A program made the position numbers and the translations under genes. A DNA stretch of 64,000 nucleotides. It comes from Octopus sinensis. Taxonomy: Eukaryota. Numbering within the stretch: position 1 is the first letter of the stretch; each line of letters begins with the position of its first letter. The notes beneath the pieces were generated by a model. That model saw nothing but the letters and a program-made list of their open reading frames with translations. It was not told the origin of the DNA and did not search any database. The stretch is from the NCBI RefSeq assembly GCF_006345805.1, contig NC_043020.1:26846001-26910000 (forward strand), given 5' to 3'. Below are positions 24,636-39,332 of this stretch, piece by piece.

Positions 24636-25139
24636 CAAGTACCAGACTTTAAAAGAGAAATAATAAAAATTCCATTAAAATGTGTACGCTCACACACAAC
24701 GGGCTTCTTACAGTTTCCATCACCCAAATTCACATAATGCAAGGAGTGCATGCATACCACCGAGTCGCTCAGTTTTGATATTCCCAAATCTCGTACTCTT
24801 CTCTCCAATTTCAGCATCTTTACTCCTCATTTGTACAGACTGTCCTCTTCATTATATTCATTCACAATCCTCTCTTTTCTCCATCTCTATTCATAAATGA
24901 ACAGAACTGGGGGAGGAGCAATAAGTAACTACGAAATCTTCTTTCAGATGATAGAACTTCAATATAACCGTGTCTTACATAACGTAATGTTTTCAAGAAA
25001 TGAGTTTTATTTAAAAGGATATATGTAAATTCTCACGTGACGCTTAGTAAGCATTTGCTCTGACCAAGCTTCACCTATGCATGAATATGAATTAACCCGT
25101 ATGTGTGTGTATGAATCTTTCTTTTCTCTTTCTTTCCTC

Positions 25140-25223
<84 letters not shown>

Positions 25224-25904
25224 AGAAGTCAAGCACGTATAATATTGAACAAACGAACGAAAAAAAGTCCCAGAAGGTCAGGGTTGAAAAACCTATACCA
25301 AATGCACGGACGACACACCAAGGAATCAGGTGCAATTTCGTGCCATTATCGATAACATTGCTTCCACACTGGAGGCAACCAGCGTGTGTGTGGTTAAGTT
25401 TTGCTTCCTGACTACACGGTCTCGATCTCAGTCCCACTGCATGGCAGTCTTTTACTGCAACCTCAAGCTGGTTAAAACCTTGTAAGTATATTTAGTAGAC
25501 AGAGACAGACAAAATACTCCTTATATAATCATGTGTGTCTGTGTATTTTTGCCTAGGCCGTAGAAAATTTGCTGCACTGAATCGCATACCATTAAACCGC
25601 ATCGTGTGTGTGTGTGTGTGTTAAAATCAAACCGGTTCCACCTTATTTCTCTGCCCTCTCAATTCTTCGAAGCTGCACCCCCCCCCCCGGTTTACCCTTG
25701 CTCCATATACTCACTCATACCGTGCGTGTTATATATGCCCGCCTACGAAATAATCAGCTACTTTGCTTAGAATACCTGACAGTCTTGTGGAACATGTATG
25801 CATTCATGTATAAGCATGTATGAACACACACACATATATATATACATATACACACACACACACATATATATACATATATATATAGATAAATAGATAGATA
25901 GAGA

Positions 25905-26270
25905 GGCGTGGCTATGTGGTAAGAAGCTTGCTTATCAACCACATGGTTCCAGGTTCAGCCCCACTGCGTGGTACCTTGGGCAAATTCTCTTCTGCTATAG
26001 CCTCGGACCGACCAGAGAATTGTCAGTGGATTTGGTAGTAGGGAAACTGAAAGAAGCCTGTCGTATGTGTAATATATATGTGTGTGTGTGTGTCCCCTAC
26101 CACCGCTTGACAACCCGTGTTGGTATGTTTGCATCCCCGTAACTTAACAATTTGACAAAAGAAACGGATAGAATAAGTACAAACTTTAAAAAATAAATAC
26201 TGGGGTTGATACGCTCGACTAAAATTCTTCAAGGCAGTGCCCCAGCATGGCGGCAGTCTAGTGACAAGAT
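25905..26270 (+). mobile_element. SINE family A
   Basis: ggcgtggctatgtggtaagaagcttgc..accttgggcaa..ggcagtgccccagcatggc. Confidence 0.8.
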
Positions 26271-29054
26271 AAATCATGAGAGAGAGAAAGTCATAGATAT
26301 CTATAGATATTCCGTTTAACGCTACGTTCTGAGTTCAAATTCCGCCGAGGTCGACTTTACCTTTCATCCTTTCGGGGTCGATAAATTAAGTACCAGTTAC
26401 GCACTGTCTGTCCTTATTCGCCCTTCTATGTTTAGACCCTTGTGGGCAATAAAGAAATAAGATAGATATCTATAGTGATAGATAGATAGATAGATAAGAT
26501 AGATAGTGTGTACTGTATGTTTGTCTGTGTGTGTATATGTGTTCGTATATTGTGTGTATGTTTGTGCATATATGTGTGGGGCTTGTCTGAGCAACAAGAC
26601 AACAATGATAGTTATAGAAACGCCTCTCTGGGTGAGGCGACAACAGCAACAAACCAACTAGTTTGTGTACTAAGCACTACAACCACCACCACCACCACGG
26701 TTACTGCTCTTCCTGGTAGCACAGCAACACCCACCACTATTACCGTGACTACAACTACTACTACTACTGCATCAACTACCACCGAAACCACCCCGATCAC
26801 AATCAAAATTGTTATAAATGTTACAACTACGATTGCTACGACAACACCACCACCACCACCACCACTACTACTACTACTACGACTACTAGTACTACTAAGT
26901 AGTCATATTTCAAGGGTGAGGGTTCTCCGTCGGTTTCAGTGATAAGCACAATTCAGTTGTTCGACCAACTGAATTTATACCGGTCAAATTAGCGTGTTAG
27001 TGGCTGAGTATTCCGAAGACGTGTATAGACTTAAATGCAGTTCTCGGGCTGAGGCAGCGTGACAGTGTTGGACTCTTTGCCGGTCTTGAGAGTGAAGGGG
27101 GGAGGACAGAAATGAAGGTAGACAGACTGACAGACACACAGATAAATAGGGAGAGAGGGAGAAAAAGAGAGAGAAGAGGAATAATCAGTGATAAAGACAG
27201 ACAGATGAACGAGAGAGAAAGAGACACAGATGAACAGAGAGAGAGAGGGACAGTGACAAACAGAGAGAGAGAAAGAGAGAGACCAACAGACAGACATGAA
27301 TAGAGATATACAGAGAGGGGAAGAGGGGAAACAGAAGGAGAAAGACGGAGACACAAGTAAAAAAAAAGGGGGGGATAGACAGATAGATAAACAGAGGGAG
27401 AGAGGGAGGCAGACAGAGATATATATAGAGAGAGGGGGGAGGCAGAAAGAATTAACCAGTTTTTGTATTGACGTTTTTATCGAACTCAAGAGTTGGTAAA
27501 TATTTCGGTATTGGTACACGACATCATTCACGCACACACACACCACCTTCCCTCATGACGTCCTCTCCTCATACCGACACTCTAGCGACGGCGGCGTCGA
27601 CGACGACGTCTCATAGCGAAGCGACACTCTGTCGACCAATACCGAAAGATCGCCAGAGTTAGAATTTAAAATCCTGGCCGGGATTTGAATCCTGAAGAGG
27701 GCGCAGAGAGCTGGAACGAGTATCTGCAACACCACCACCACCACTACACTTCTCCATTACATAACCACTACAACTTTACAATACTAATATTACTACTACT
27801 ACCACCACCACCACATTACAATACCTATACCACCGCCACCACCAGCATTACAACCAAACTACCACCGCCACCACCACACACTATTATACCACACCAACTA
27901 TATTTCAATACCTCTCTCTCTCTCCTCCTACTACTACTACTAGCAATCATTGCTATCATCATCATCCATAGCAACATCATTGCAATCATTACCACCACCA
28001 CCACCACCACTGTTATAGCTAACAGCATTTACCTACAAAAAAGGGGGCAAGCAGGTGTGTAAAATATGTTGAAAGAAAAAACTAGGTTCGTCGGTGTGAG
28101 AAAAAGGGAGAGAGCGGGAGAGGGAAGAAAAGAAAGAAAGAGGAAAGAACAGAAGGTGAGCATGAAGAGGAAAAAAGAAGAAAACAAAAATAGAAAGAGT
28201 ATGAGATAGATGGTGAAAACGAGAGAAGAAAGAGAGGAGAGTGACACACACACAAAATATATATATATATATATATATATGGTTGAGAGAAGACAAGAGC
28301 GTGTGTAAAAAAATTGCGATTTTCACAAGCGTGCGCATAAGCTAAATACAATTACAGCACTGGTGACCATCACGTCTGCCTACAATCCTTACCTTCCCAA
28401 TTACACCAGCTCTTACCGCCATCACCAACCACAACAGAGCTACAGAGCCCTCGACCACCTTCACCATCAAGACAGCAGGGTCCCTCCTCCACCACCACTA
28501 CATTCATTCATTCATAACTCCCTTCTTCCGACCACAATTAACTACCCGCTCCAACAGCCTTCAACTACAACCACTACTACTACCACTACCTTAATTAACA
28601 ATTAACACTTCACCAGTGGTTCTCAACGGGGTTCCATATAAGATTTTAAAATTAATCTGCAATAAATTAGCTAAAATATTTTACAATTACAATAAATATT
28701 TTGACAATTTTTTTTCATACAATTTCTAATATTTTTTATTCTTTTAGCCTATGGAGATCGCACCCCCGAAGTAAGAGATAGATGAAAGACAAAGTCGTCG
28801 GTTAAGCAGACTTAACAATAAATGCGCGATGATAATTGCAGAGAACATCGACAAGCGTACGAATTATCAACGGATATACATTTCCTCCGTTTTATGTCGG
28901 AGGCGCGTAGGCTGTGAACTAGAATCCACGTACCAAACGATAAAAGCTTCATTAATCAGCTAGAAATAGCAGGTACTGATTACTTAATCCACAACCTTAA
29001 TATCTTAGAAAACGCGAAGTACATTGCGATAACCGGGCCTCCAGAGACACTTAC

Positions 29055-29160
29055 TTGCACCTGGATATATGACGGGATTGTCAATAACAGAACGCCTGCA
29101 AGTATATTCAGTTTGATCGGGGTCCACAAGAAACGACGGATCAGTCGAGTTTGCATCCGT
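29055..29160 (-). CDS. Candidate exon of an unidentified gene, possibly encoding a signal peptide (MQTRLIRRFLWTPIKLNILAGVLLLTIPSYIQVQ)
   Basis: Acceptor ttctcaacttttgacccag|, donor caa|gtaagt at 29054-29049, ATG at 29156-29154; lies in non-repetitive sequence. No homologue recognised. Confidence 0.3.
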
Positions 29161-29456
29161 CTGGGTCAAAAGTTGAGAATGGTAGATTAAGTACAAGACT
29201 GACAGATAAGAATTAGTGAAAATATATTTGATAATCTAAATCTTGGTACCACCACTACATGACCGCAATCTAATAACAGAACTTAATAAAAGAATTAATA
29301 CGTACATACAGACATATGTATGTGTATGTATTTACACATAAGACATGTATTACTTCATATTTGTACACACACATGTATGTGTGTGTGAAAGAGAGAGTAT
29401 ATAATGAAAGCGTTGTTCATCAAACAGGTTTTATAGCCTAGTTGACTGGTTTTATG

Positions 29457-29493
<37 letters not shown>

Positions 29494-29899
29494 GAAATGG
29501 TGTGTATGACGAGGGAATGTGATAGTAGGGGTAGGAGTGGGTACAGATAAAGAGTGTGTGGGAAAGGTGTGTTTATACATATATATACTGTGTGTGTATA
29601 TATATATGTGTATATATATATATATATGCGCGTGTATATATATATATATATATAATATATATACACACACACACACACATACATCGCCTCTACACTCCAT
29701 TTCTTTCTCCCTATTACCTGTGTATACACACATACACATGTACGCACATATATATACACACAGAGGTCATAAGAAGAAAGAGGTGAAATGTAGGGGGGTG
29801 TTAATGCGAGGGAGGTTAAAAAGTGAATTAAGAAAAGAGAACAAGAAAATCGAAAAAGAGGTGTTGAGAAAAGGCGAATAGGAAGAGACACTAAGAGAC

Positions 29900-30480
29900 G
29901 GGTAGACAGATAGATAGACAGACTGATAGATAGATAAATAGATAGTTTGATAGATAGATGGATAGATAGATAGACATATAGATAGATAGTTTGATAGATA
30001 GATAGACAGACAGATATATAGATAGTTTGATAGATAGATAGACAGACAGATATATAGATAGTTTGATAGATAGACAGACAGATATATAGATAGACATATA
30101 GATAGTTTGATAGATAGACAGATATAGATAGACATATATATAGATAGACATATAGATAGTTTGATAGATAGACAGACAGATATATAGATAGTTTGATAGA
30201 TAGACAGACAGATATATAGATAGATATATAGATAGTTTGATAGATAGACAGATATAGATAGACATATAGATAGATAGACACAGATATATAGATAGACATA
30301 TAGATAGACATATAGATAGTTTGATAGATAGACAGACAGATATATAGATAGACATATAGATAGATAGACAGACAGATAGATAGATAGATAAATAGATAGA
30401 TAGACAGACAGACATAGATAGATAGACAGACTGATAGATTGACAGACAGATAAATAGAGAGAGAGATATCTAGATAGGTA
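29900..30480. repeat. Compound (GATA)n/(GACA)n satellite with ~30-bp higher-order unit (agatagtttgatagatagacagacagatatat)
   Basis: Direct inspection. Confidence 0.95.
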
Positions 30481-32039
30481 GATATGCGAGCGGGGTATGT
30501 ATGGGAGCGCAGGCGTGGGGATGCGATCGCGTAGTAATTTAACGAATGTGAGTGGGCAGGTGTTTTTGAACGTGTGTGTGTGTGTGTTGTGTGTGTGTGT
30601 GTGGAAGTACGAGTGTGTTTGAATCTGAACAAGTGGGCGAGTGCATCCGGACCAGTGGAGTACTTTGGGGGAACAACGAAATGAATGTGTCCTTGTATGT
30701 ACCCGTATGTGCGTGTGTGTGTGTATATAATAAAAGAGAAGCAACCATAGCTACCCACGAATGTTTGGGACATTAAAATACGAAGTGAATGAAAGAGAGA
30801 GAGAAGGACTCTATCGTTGTTGTTGTTGTTGTTGCTATAACAACCGTGGGAAATTACTCGATTTTTCACTCGCATCCTCTAACAAAAAAGTTTGAAAAAA
30901 AAAAAAAAACTAAATTAAATTTTATTGGAAATAAAATACAATAAAATAAAATAAAAATTCTTTAGAGTTTTTGTTGTTGTTGTTACCTTTCTATTTTTAT
31001 GTTAAATGAAATAGGGGACAACAAGAACCCCTTAAAATGTCCCCCGTTCTTCCTGCCCTTTCGTTTATATCCTAGCTAAACAGACAGAAAGCACCCCCCC
31101 CCCATATATATATATAATTGATATAGGATAAAAAAATTTTTCGGGAAAAATTTTTTTATCAATGGCCAGCATATCAAAAAATGCCTTTAAAGGTAAAATT
31201 TATACATAATTTACAATTATATATATATATTCACATTCACGAGCTCAAATATGTAAACATATACACACAGTCATATATTCACACACCCACACAACGAAAC
31301 AAGCGCACAAAAACTGCATACATATGCAGAATAAACGCACACACAAAACTATATACACTCAGTCACATACGTACAAAAATATTGTCACATAAATATACAT
31401 GCAAAACTATACACATACAGACGCAGGCGTGGCTGTGTGGTAAGAAATCCCCCGCCGCCTGCCCCTCAACCACATAGCTCCGAGTTCAGTCCCACTCCGC
31501 AACACCTTGGGCAAGTGTCTTGTTTTACCTTCGGCCGACCAAACCCTTGCATATATGGGTACAGGACGTCACTAACTGTGTAAGCAACATGAAATACGCA
31601 AACAAGGAGAGAGAAAAATGGAAAACAGGACAAGTAAAAACGGTTACGACCCTTCATCAGTTGTTGGCAGTCTCCCTACTCCTCATTTAAATATTCTTTG
31701 TTTGTGAATAAAGGCTACCATTGGTTTCATGTCAAAGTAGGAAAATATATGATAAAGATAAATGAGTATTGTACGTTTTCTTTTTTCATAACTATTTATC
31801 TACTTTTGCACCATATATATACACACATATATATATATATATATACATGCATACATATACATATATATACATATAGGGTTAGTCGTTACGTTCTGAGTTC
31901 AAATTCCGCCGAGGTCAACTTTACCTTTCATCCTTTCGGGGTCGATTAAATAAGTACCAGTTACGCACTGGGGTTGATGTAATCGACTTAATCCCTTTGT
32001 CTGTCCCCTCTATGTTTAGCCCCTTGTGGGCAATTAAGA

Positions 32040-32640
32040 AATATATACATATATATACATATACATACATACATATATATATATACATATACATATATAC
32101 ATACATATATATACATATCCATATATATACAATACATATAGATACATACACATATATATACCTACATATATATACATATACATATATATACATACATATA
32201 TATAATATACATAATATACATATACATAATATATATACATATATATATATACATATATATATACAATATATATTATACATATATATATAACATATATATA
32301 TATATACATATATATATACATAGATACATAGACATATACATATATTATATATACAGATATATACATATACATATATACATATACATATATATATATACAT
32401 ATATATACATATATTATATACATATATATATACATATTATATACAATATATATATATACATATATACATATAATATATATACATATTACATATATATACA
32501 TATATATATATACATATATATATATACATATATATACATATACATATATATACATATATACCCATACATATATACATATAATATACATTACATATATAAC
32601 ATATATATATATACATATATATATATATTATATATATGAC

Positions 32641-32673
<33 letters not shown>

Positions 32674-32835
32674 CATATATACATACATATATTATATCAT
32701 ACACATATACAATATGCATATATACATATACAACATAAATATGCATATTAACATATGCATATATAACATATATATATATATATACATCATATACAATATA
32801 TATACACATATATATATATACACATATATATACAT
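32040..32835. repeat. Compound (TA)n/(TACA)n tract
   Basis: Direct inspection. Confidence 0.95.
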
Positions 32836-33110
32836 AAGTAAAGAGGGAGATAAATTGAATATTAATTTAATTAATATCAATTTAAAACCAGTAGCCTAGC
32901 ATACAAAAATCTGAAAAATCAGAGAAAATTCTAATACATGTGTATATTTAAAGGGCTAAAAAAACCACTATGTGGTCAGCCGTATGCTAGAAGTAGATCA
33001 CCTACGATCAAACTACAAAGGAAAGAATGTTCTCTAGAGAAAAATTCAGCGGTAACCAGAACAATATGCGGGCAAGACAGATGAAAATTATCTAAAAAAC
33101 AAGAGTTAAA

Positions 33111-33184
33111 CGCAGACCGGTGGTTTCGTCTATTAACGAATGAATCACTTACGTAACCCCTCGTCCGTAGGACTCGTCAGTACG
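33111..33184 (-). ncRNA. Type I hammerhead ribozyme with intact core and extended stem II; predicted cleavage between 33115 and 33114
   Basis: cgua-CUGACGA-guc [~40 nt] gac-GAAA-cc acc gGUC-ugcg. All invariant core nucleotides are present, with the G10.1-C11.1 pair and a GUC triplet. Confidence 0.7.
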
Positions 33185-34113
33185 ATCGTTCCACATAAAT
33201 ATACATATATACACACATACACATATATACATATATACACACACACAAACACATATATACACACACACACATATATATATACATATATATACATATGTAT
33301 ATATACATGTGTATATATACACATGTATATACACATATATATACACATATATATATACATATATATATACATTTACATATACATATATACACACACACAC
33401 ACACATATATATATACACACACGCACATTTACATACACGACGGGTTTCTTTCAGTTTTCGCCAACTAAATCCACTCACAAGGCTTTGGTCGACCCGAGGC
33501 TATAATAGAAGACATTTGCCCAAAGTGCCACGCAGTGAGACTGAACCTGGAACATGGGCTTTTATCACATAGAATGTTTTGCAAAAAAAAAAAAAAATAC
33601 TGTTTTGATTTGTTCAACTAAAACCTTTTAAAAGCGGTGCCCCTGCATGGCCGCAGTTCATTTACTAAAATAAAAGATAAAGTTTACCCCCACCCATTGT
33701 TCTGACATCCTTCGTTTATTGGATTCGACGGTTAATGTAATCTTAGATACAGAAGCATACGAGATGGTCACGACTGGAATGATACTTGCAAAATATAGTC
33801 GGTTCGTTCAGGGTTGACCTGTAACCAGATAACAATAACAGATAAGCAGTGATGGCGGCGGCGCTGCGGGGAAAAGGTAAATTTGATACAGAACGCGAAG
33901 AAGCTCCGTGCCGTCACCTTCCTATCGAATTAATCAAAAATGCGTATGTATGTGTGGGTGTGTATGGTTCGTCGTTTTTCCTTTGTTTTCTTAATATGGT
34001 GTGTGATTTGACAGAAAGAAAAGGTCGACACCAGGAGTTGTTAATAACGCAGACATTTTTGAAATAGCTCGAAGTATCTGGTGCGTAGCAGATTGGTGCT
34101 GTAGTTATTGTAG

Positions 34114-34159
<46 letters not shown>

Positions 34160-34412
34160 TGTGTGTGTGTGTGTGTGTGGTGTGTGTTGGTGTGTTGTAT
34201 GTATGTACGTACGTACGTGTATTATTCTTTTAGTTGTTTCAGTCATTTGGAACTGCGGCCATGCTGGAGCACCGCCTTTAGTCGAGCAAATCGACCCCGG
34301 GACTTATTCTTTGTAAGCCCAGTACTTATTCTATCGGCTCTTTCGCCGAACCGCTAAGTGACGGGGACGTAAACACACCAGCATTGGTTGTCCAGCAATG
34401 CTAGGGGGACAA

Positions 34413-34443
<31 letters not shown>

Positions 34444-34451
34444 TATATATA

Positions 34452-34493
<42 letters not shown>

Positions 34494-34604
34494 GACAGGC
34501 TTCTTTCAGTTTCCGTCTACCAAATCCACTATAAATATCAGAGAAGGTACACCTATACAAGAATGAGTACATATACATAATATACATAATAATATATAAT
34601 AATA

Positions 34605-35259
34605 TACTTATTTAATCGACCCCGAAAGAATGAAAGGCAAAGTTGACCTTGGCGGAATTTGAACTCACGGCAGACGAAATATCGCTAAGCATTTCGCCCG
34701 GCGTGCTAACAATTCTGCCAGCTCGCCACCTTATCAGGGCTTCTATCAGTTTCTGTCGACTCACAAGAGTTGGTCGGCCCCAGCAGATATAGAACACTTT
34801 GCCCTAGGTGTATCCCCACACGTTATATACATACTACGGGCTTATTTCAGTTGCTTATTCTTTACTACCCACAAGGGCTAAACACAGAGAGGACAAACAA
34901 GGCGACAAACGGATTAAATCGATTATATCGACCCCAATGCGTAAATGGTACCTATTTAAGCGACCCCGAAAGCATGAAAGGCAAAGTCGACCTTGGCGGA
35001 ATTTGAACTCAGAACATAAAGGCAGACGAAGTACCGCTAAGCATTTCGCCACCTTTTATCAGGGCTTCTATCAGTTTCTGTCCATTCCCAAGAGTTTGGT
35101 CGGCCCAGGTGTATAACAGAAGATAGAAAACTCTTGCCCAAGGTGTATCCCCACACGTTATATACACACGACGGGTTTATTTCAGTTACCGTCTACCAAA
35201 TCCACTGAAGATTTTTTATCAACCTGAGGCTGTAATAGAAGAAAGACAATTGCTGAAGA
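34605..35259 (-). repeat. Left arm of a ~660-bp inverted duplication of chimeric SINE A/B sequence
   Basis: Near-identical to the reverse complement of 37736-38407, including private substitutions such as catgctttcggggtcgcttaaataggtaccattt. Confidence 0.9.
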
Positions 35260-35266
35260 CACACAC

Positions 35267-35359
<93 letters not shown>

Positions 35360-35606
35360 TTGTTGTTTGTACACTGGTATCCTTAATGGGCGAACGGACA
35401 CACGTCTATGCAAATCTGTTCACATACAAAACGCCTTGAAGAATTTTTAGTCGAATGAATCGACCCCAGTATCGATTTTTTTATAGCCTCATACTTATTA
35501 TATCGGTCTTTTTTGCAAGCATATCAACACCGAGTGTAAAACGGTGGTGGGGGGACAAACAGACAGAAACACACACACACACGTACACATACACACACAG
35601 TGTATA

Positions 35607-36224
35607 TCCATTTAAAAGAAGAAAAGAAAATGGAGATAAGGAAATTAATAATTGTTTATTATTAATAACAAATTGGTCATCTTCGCTTCTTACAGCCGTT
35701 TCAATTAACTCAATAATCTAATTACAAATTTGTACATTGAATTTATATTTATGTGACAAGAGTATAATTTCCGAGGAAAAAAAAGGATATACCTTTAGAT
35801 GTAAAAACAAAAAATTATTTTATAAGGAACTTCGCTAATAAGTAGACAAATGTTGAGAAGAAAAAAAACGGTGATTTTAACTAGCAGTATTCAATTATTA
35901 AACATTCATAACTGGAATGAATAAATAAAATTGAATATTAAGTATTTATGGAATTTTGATTTACTGTCGGGTGACTTTTGGCCAACCTTGTATGTGGACC
36001 TATCATTTCATTTCAGCAGATTGAGACTGCTGAAATGAATTAATAAACCCACGTATAACATCCAAAGGTACATCTTTCCCTCCCCCCTATAAATGTAAAT
36101 TTAATGTACAAATCTATAATTAAATTATTGAGTATTGATTGAAACGGCTGTAAAGAAGCGAAGCATGTCAGTAATAAACAAGTATTAACTTCCTTATCTC
36201 CATTTCCTTTTCTTCTTTGAACTG
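35607..36224. mobile_element. Old Tc1/mariner-like MITE with ~140-bp diverged TIRs
   Basis: 35607-35750 and 36091-36224 are imperfect inverted repeats (aaagaagaaaag..aatggagataagga..ttacagccgtttcaat); the right end is ctg|ta. Confidence 0.55.
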
Positions 36225-36597
36225 TATATAAAACTATATGCTTAATATGTGTATTGTAAAGGAATTTCATACCCGCCAAAATACTAGGTATTGAACCAGT
36301 ATTTATTTACTTGGATGCAACCATCTCTTCATAAGGTTAACATATCCTCTAATTAAATATATGTGTGAGTGTGTGTGACGGGCTTCTTTCAGTTTCTGTC
36401 TACCAAAAACCACTCACAAGGCTATGAGAGTAGACATTTGCCTGAACTCGGTGGCTGGGAATCAATCGTCTAACCACACAGCCACGACAGGGATGAGAAG
36501 TTAAAAATATAAAGAGATGTCTAATCACTTTGAATTCAAAGATAATTCTGAGAATAAATACAATATTACAATAATGGATTTTATATATATATATATA

Positions 36598-36646
<49 letters not shown>

Positions 36647-36647
36647 A

Positions 36648-36970
36648 GCGCAGGAGTGGCTGTGTGGTAAGTAGCTTGTTTACCAACCACATGAGCAAGT
36701 GTCTTGTGAGTGGATTTGGTAGACGGAAACCGAAAGAAGCCCGTCGTATATATGTATGCGTGCGTGCGTGTGTGTTTGTGTCTGTGTTTGTCCCCCTAGC
36801 TTGACAACCGATGCTGGTGTGTTTATGTCTCCGTTACTTAGCGGTTCGGCAAAAGCGACCGATAGAATAAGTATTGGGCTTACAAAAAAGAATAAGCCCT
36901 GGGGTCGAGTTGCTCGATTAAAAGCGGTGCTCCAGCATGGCCGCAGTCAAATGACTGAAACTGAGTAAAG
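36648..36970 (+). mobile_element. SINE family A with internal deletion
   Basis: gcgcaggagtggctgtgtggtaagtagc...gcggtgctccagcatggccgcagtcaaatgactgaaac. Confidence 0.85.
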
Positions 36971-36972
36971 AG

Positions 36973-37003
<31 letters not shown>

Positions 37004-37284
37004 GTGTGTGTGTGTGTGTATCGTTGGTAGGGGGGGGCATGAATTTAATTGATAGGTCAATAGACAAATACCAAGGTAAGTAAGCAAAGACGAGAGAGGG
37101 GAGACCTACCCGGATTATATACCTGTCCGTCTCAGGTGGCTGAACATGTCACACATGGCATTCACTCCCCACACTCACCCACACACACGCACAACCAAAT
37201 AAGGTAAAAGAACAAGATAAACCAACGCCACCTGCACATCCCTACGTAGGATCGCACTTGGCTATATACATTTTATATATACAT

Positions 37285-37316
<32 letters not shown>

Positions 37317-37735
37317 AACATGTATTTGTGTGCGTGTAGTTTCTGGGGTGGTAAGCATGGTAACAATAGTTGGGTTGGTTTGTAGTGGGGCAGGTACTAC
37401 GGTGGTGGTGATGGTCGTGGTAACGGGGGTGGGTGACGTGGCAACAGTGGTGATAGATATCGTTGTTTAATCCCAAGTCAACCCTGATCAAACAGGGCTA
37501 AACAGACCAAACCAATGATCGAAAACGTCCCAGCTGTGACCATCCCATCTTTTATGGATTTTTCCCAGGATCAGGATCACATTATCCACCATGTCGTCCT
37601 TTCCTTATTTGATAAAGACAATCCACCATACAACCACCATACGCACAATCTTCCAATTGGGTGCAGGCGTGGTCGTGTGGTTAAGATGTTCGCTTCCCAT
37701 CCACACGGTTTCAGGTTCAGCCCCACTGCGTGCCA

Positions 37736-38407
37736 TCTTCAGCAATTGTCTTTCTTCTATTACAGCCTCAGGTTGATAAAAAATCTTCAGTGGATTTGGT
37801 AGACGGTAACTGAAATAAACCCGTCGTGTGTATATAACGTGTGGGGATACACCTTGGGCAAGAGTTTTCTATCTTCTGTTATACACCTGGGCCGACCAAA
37901 CTCTTGGGAATGGACAGAAACTGATAGAAGCCCTGATAAAAGGTGGCGAAATGCTTAGCGGTACTTCGTCTGCCTTTATGTTCTGAGTTCAAATTCCGCT
38001 AAGGTCGACTTTGCCTTTCATGCTTTCGGGGTCGCTTAAATAGGTACCATTTACGCATTGGGGTCGATATAATCGATTTAATCCGTTTGTCTGTCCTTGT
38101 TTGTCCTCTCTGTGTTTAGCCCCTTGTGGGTAGTAAAGAAATAAGCAACTGAAATAAGCCCGTCGTATGTATATAACGTGTGGGGATACACCTAGGGCAA
38201 GTGTTTTCTATCTTCTGTTATAGACCTGGGGCCGACCAAACTCTTGTGAGTCGACAGAAACTGATAGAAGCCCTGATAAAAGGTGGCGAGCTGGCAGAAT
38301 TGTTAGCACGCCGGGCGAAATGCTTAGCGATATTTCGTCTGCCGTGAGTTCAAATTCCGCCAAGGTCAACTTTGCCTTTCATTCTTTCGGGGTCGATTAA
38401 ATAAGTA
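37736..38407 (+). repeat. Right (probable source) arm of the inverted duplication
   Basis: Continuous with SINE sequence on both sides; contains two tandem A/B chimeric units. Confidence 0.9.
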
Positions 38408-38608
38408 CCAGTTACGCACTGGGTTCGACATAATCGACTTAATCCGTTTGTTTGTCCCCTGCTGTACTCTTTCGCCGCAACTTTCTCTCATTCTTTCTTC
38501 TGCTCACTTATCCAGCAGGGGTGGCGTCATTTGGAGGCTAAAACAATGCGAAGCGCATTGTGACCAGCGATGTGTAGCAACATCTGATAGCCTGGTCGGT
38601 CACGTGAT

Positions 38609-38640
<32 letters not shown>

Positions 38641-39122
38641 GGGCGTCTGATTGTACATTACTTGTACCACGTCCTCACGTTGTTGTTTTTTCATGTTGTT
38701 CTTTGTTTGGATTCACTATATATATATGTGTGTGTGTGTTTGACACAACCACTACAGTTCGACAAAGGAGATCGATACACACAGACACACCCCTTCTAAA
38801 ACAGCCGCCACACAATCCTCCAGCATCCACTATGCAAATATACTGTTCTCCAGATGCAGTTAATGCAACACAAGTCTTTTCGAGACAACAGTTGGTTAAT
38901 AATAAATACTGCCTTAGATACACGAAGAATAAAGGACGGGATGGCCACACACGGAACGTTTTTGATCGTGCGTCTTTACGATCATTGCTAACCACCACCA
39001 CCACTACCAACAACAACAACAACAACAACAACAGCTAGTCTTACCAGTTAGTTTTCACAATGGTACAATATAACCATAGCGCTAAGTTTTTCTTTTGATC
39101 AGAGAAAAATAGGTTATTACGA

Positions 39123-39124
39123 CT

Positions 39125-39176
<52 letters not shown>

Positions 39177-39270
39177 CAGCAGCAGTAGTAGTAGTAGTAG
39201 TGTAGTAGTATAGTAGTTAGCAGCAGCAGTAGTAGTGAGTAGTAGAGTAGTAGTAGTAGTGTAGTAGTAG

Positions 39271-39315
<45 letters not shown>

Positions 39316-39332
39316 CAGCAGTAGTAGTAGTA
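39123..39332. repeat. (TAG)n/(CAG)n trinucleotide tract
   Basis: Direct inspection. Confidence 0.95.

Noticed and set aside
25225-25330. Plus-strand exon candidate after a long (CT)n tract (also 7920-7978 and minus-strand 52725-52786, 53570-53660)
   Set aside because: Splice-like signals exist but there is no recognisable protein and phases are not mutually compatible; the pyrimidine tract is a microsatellite.
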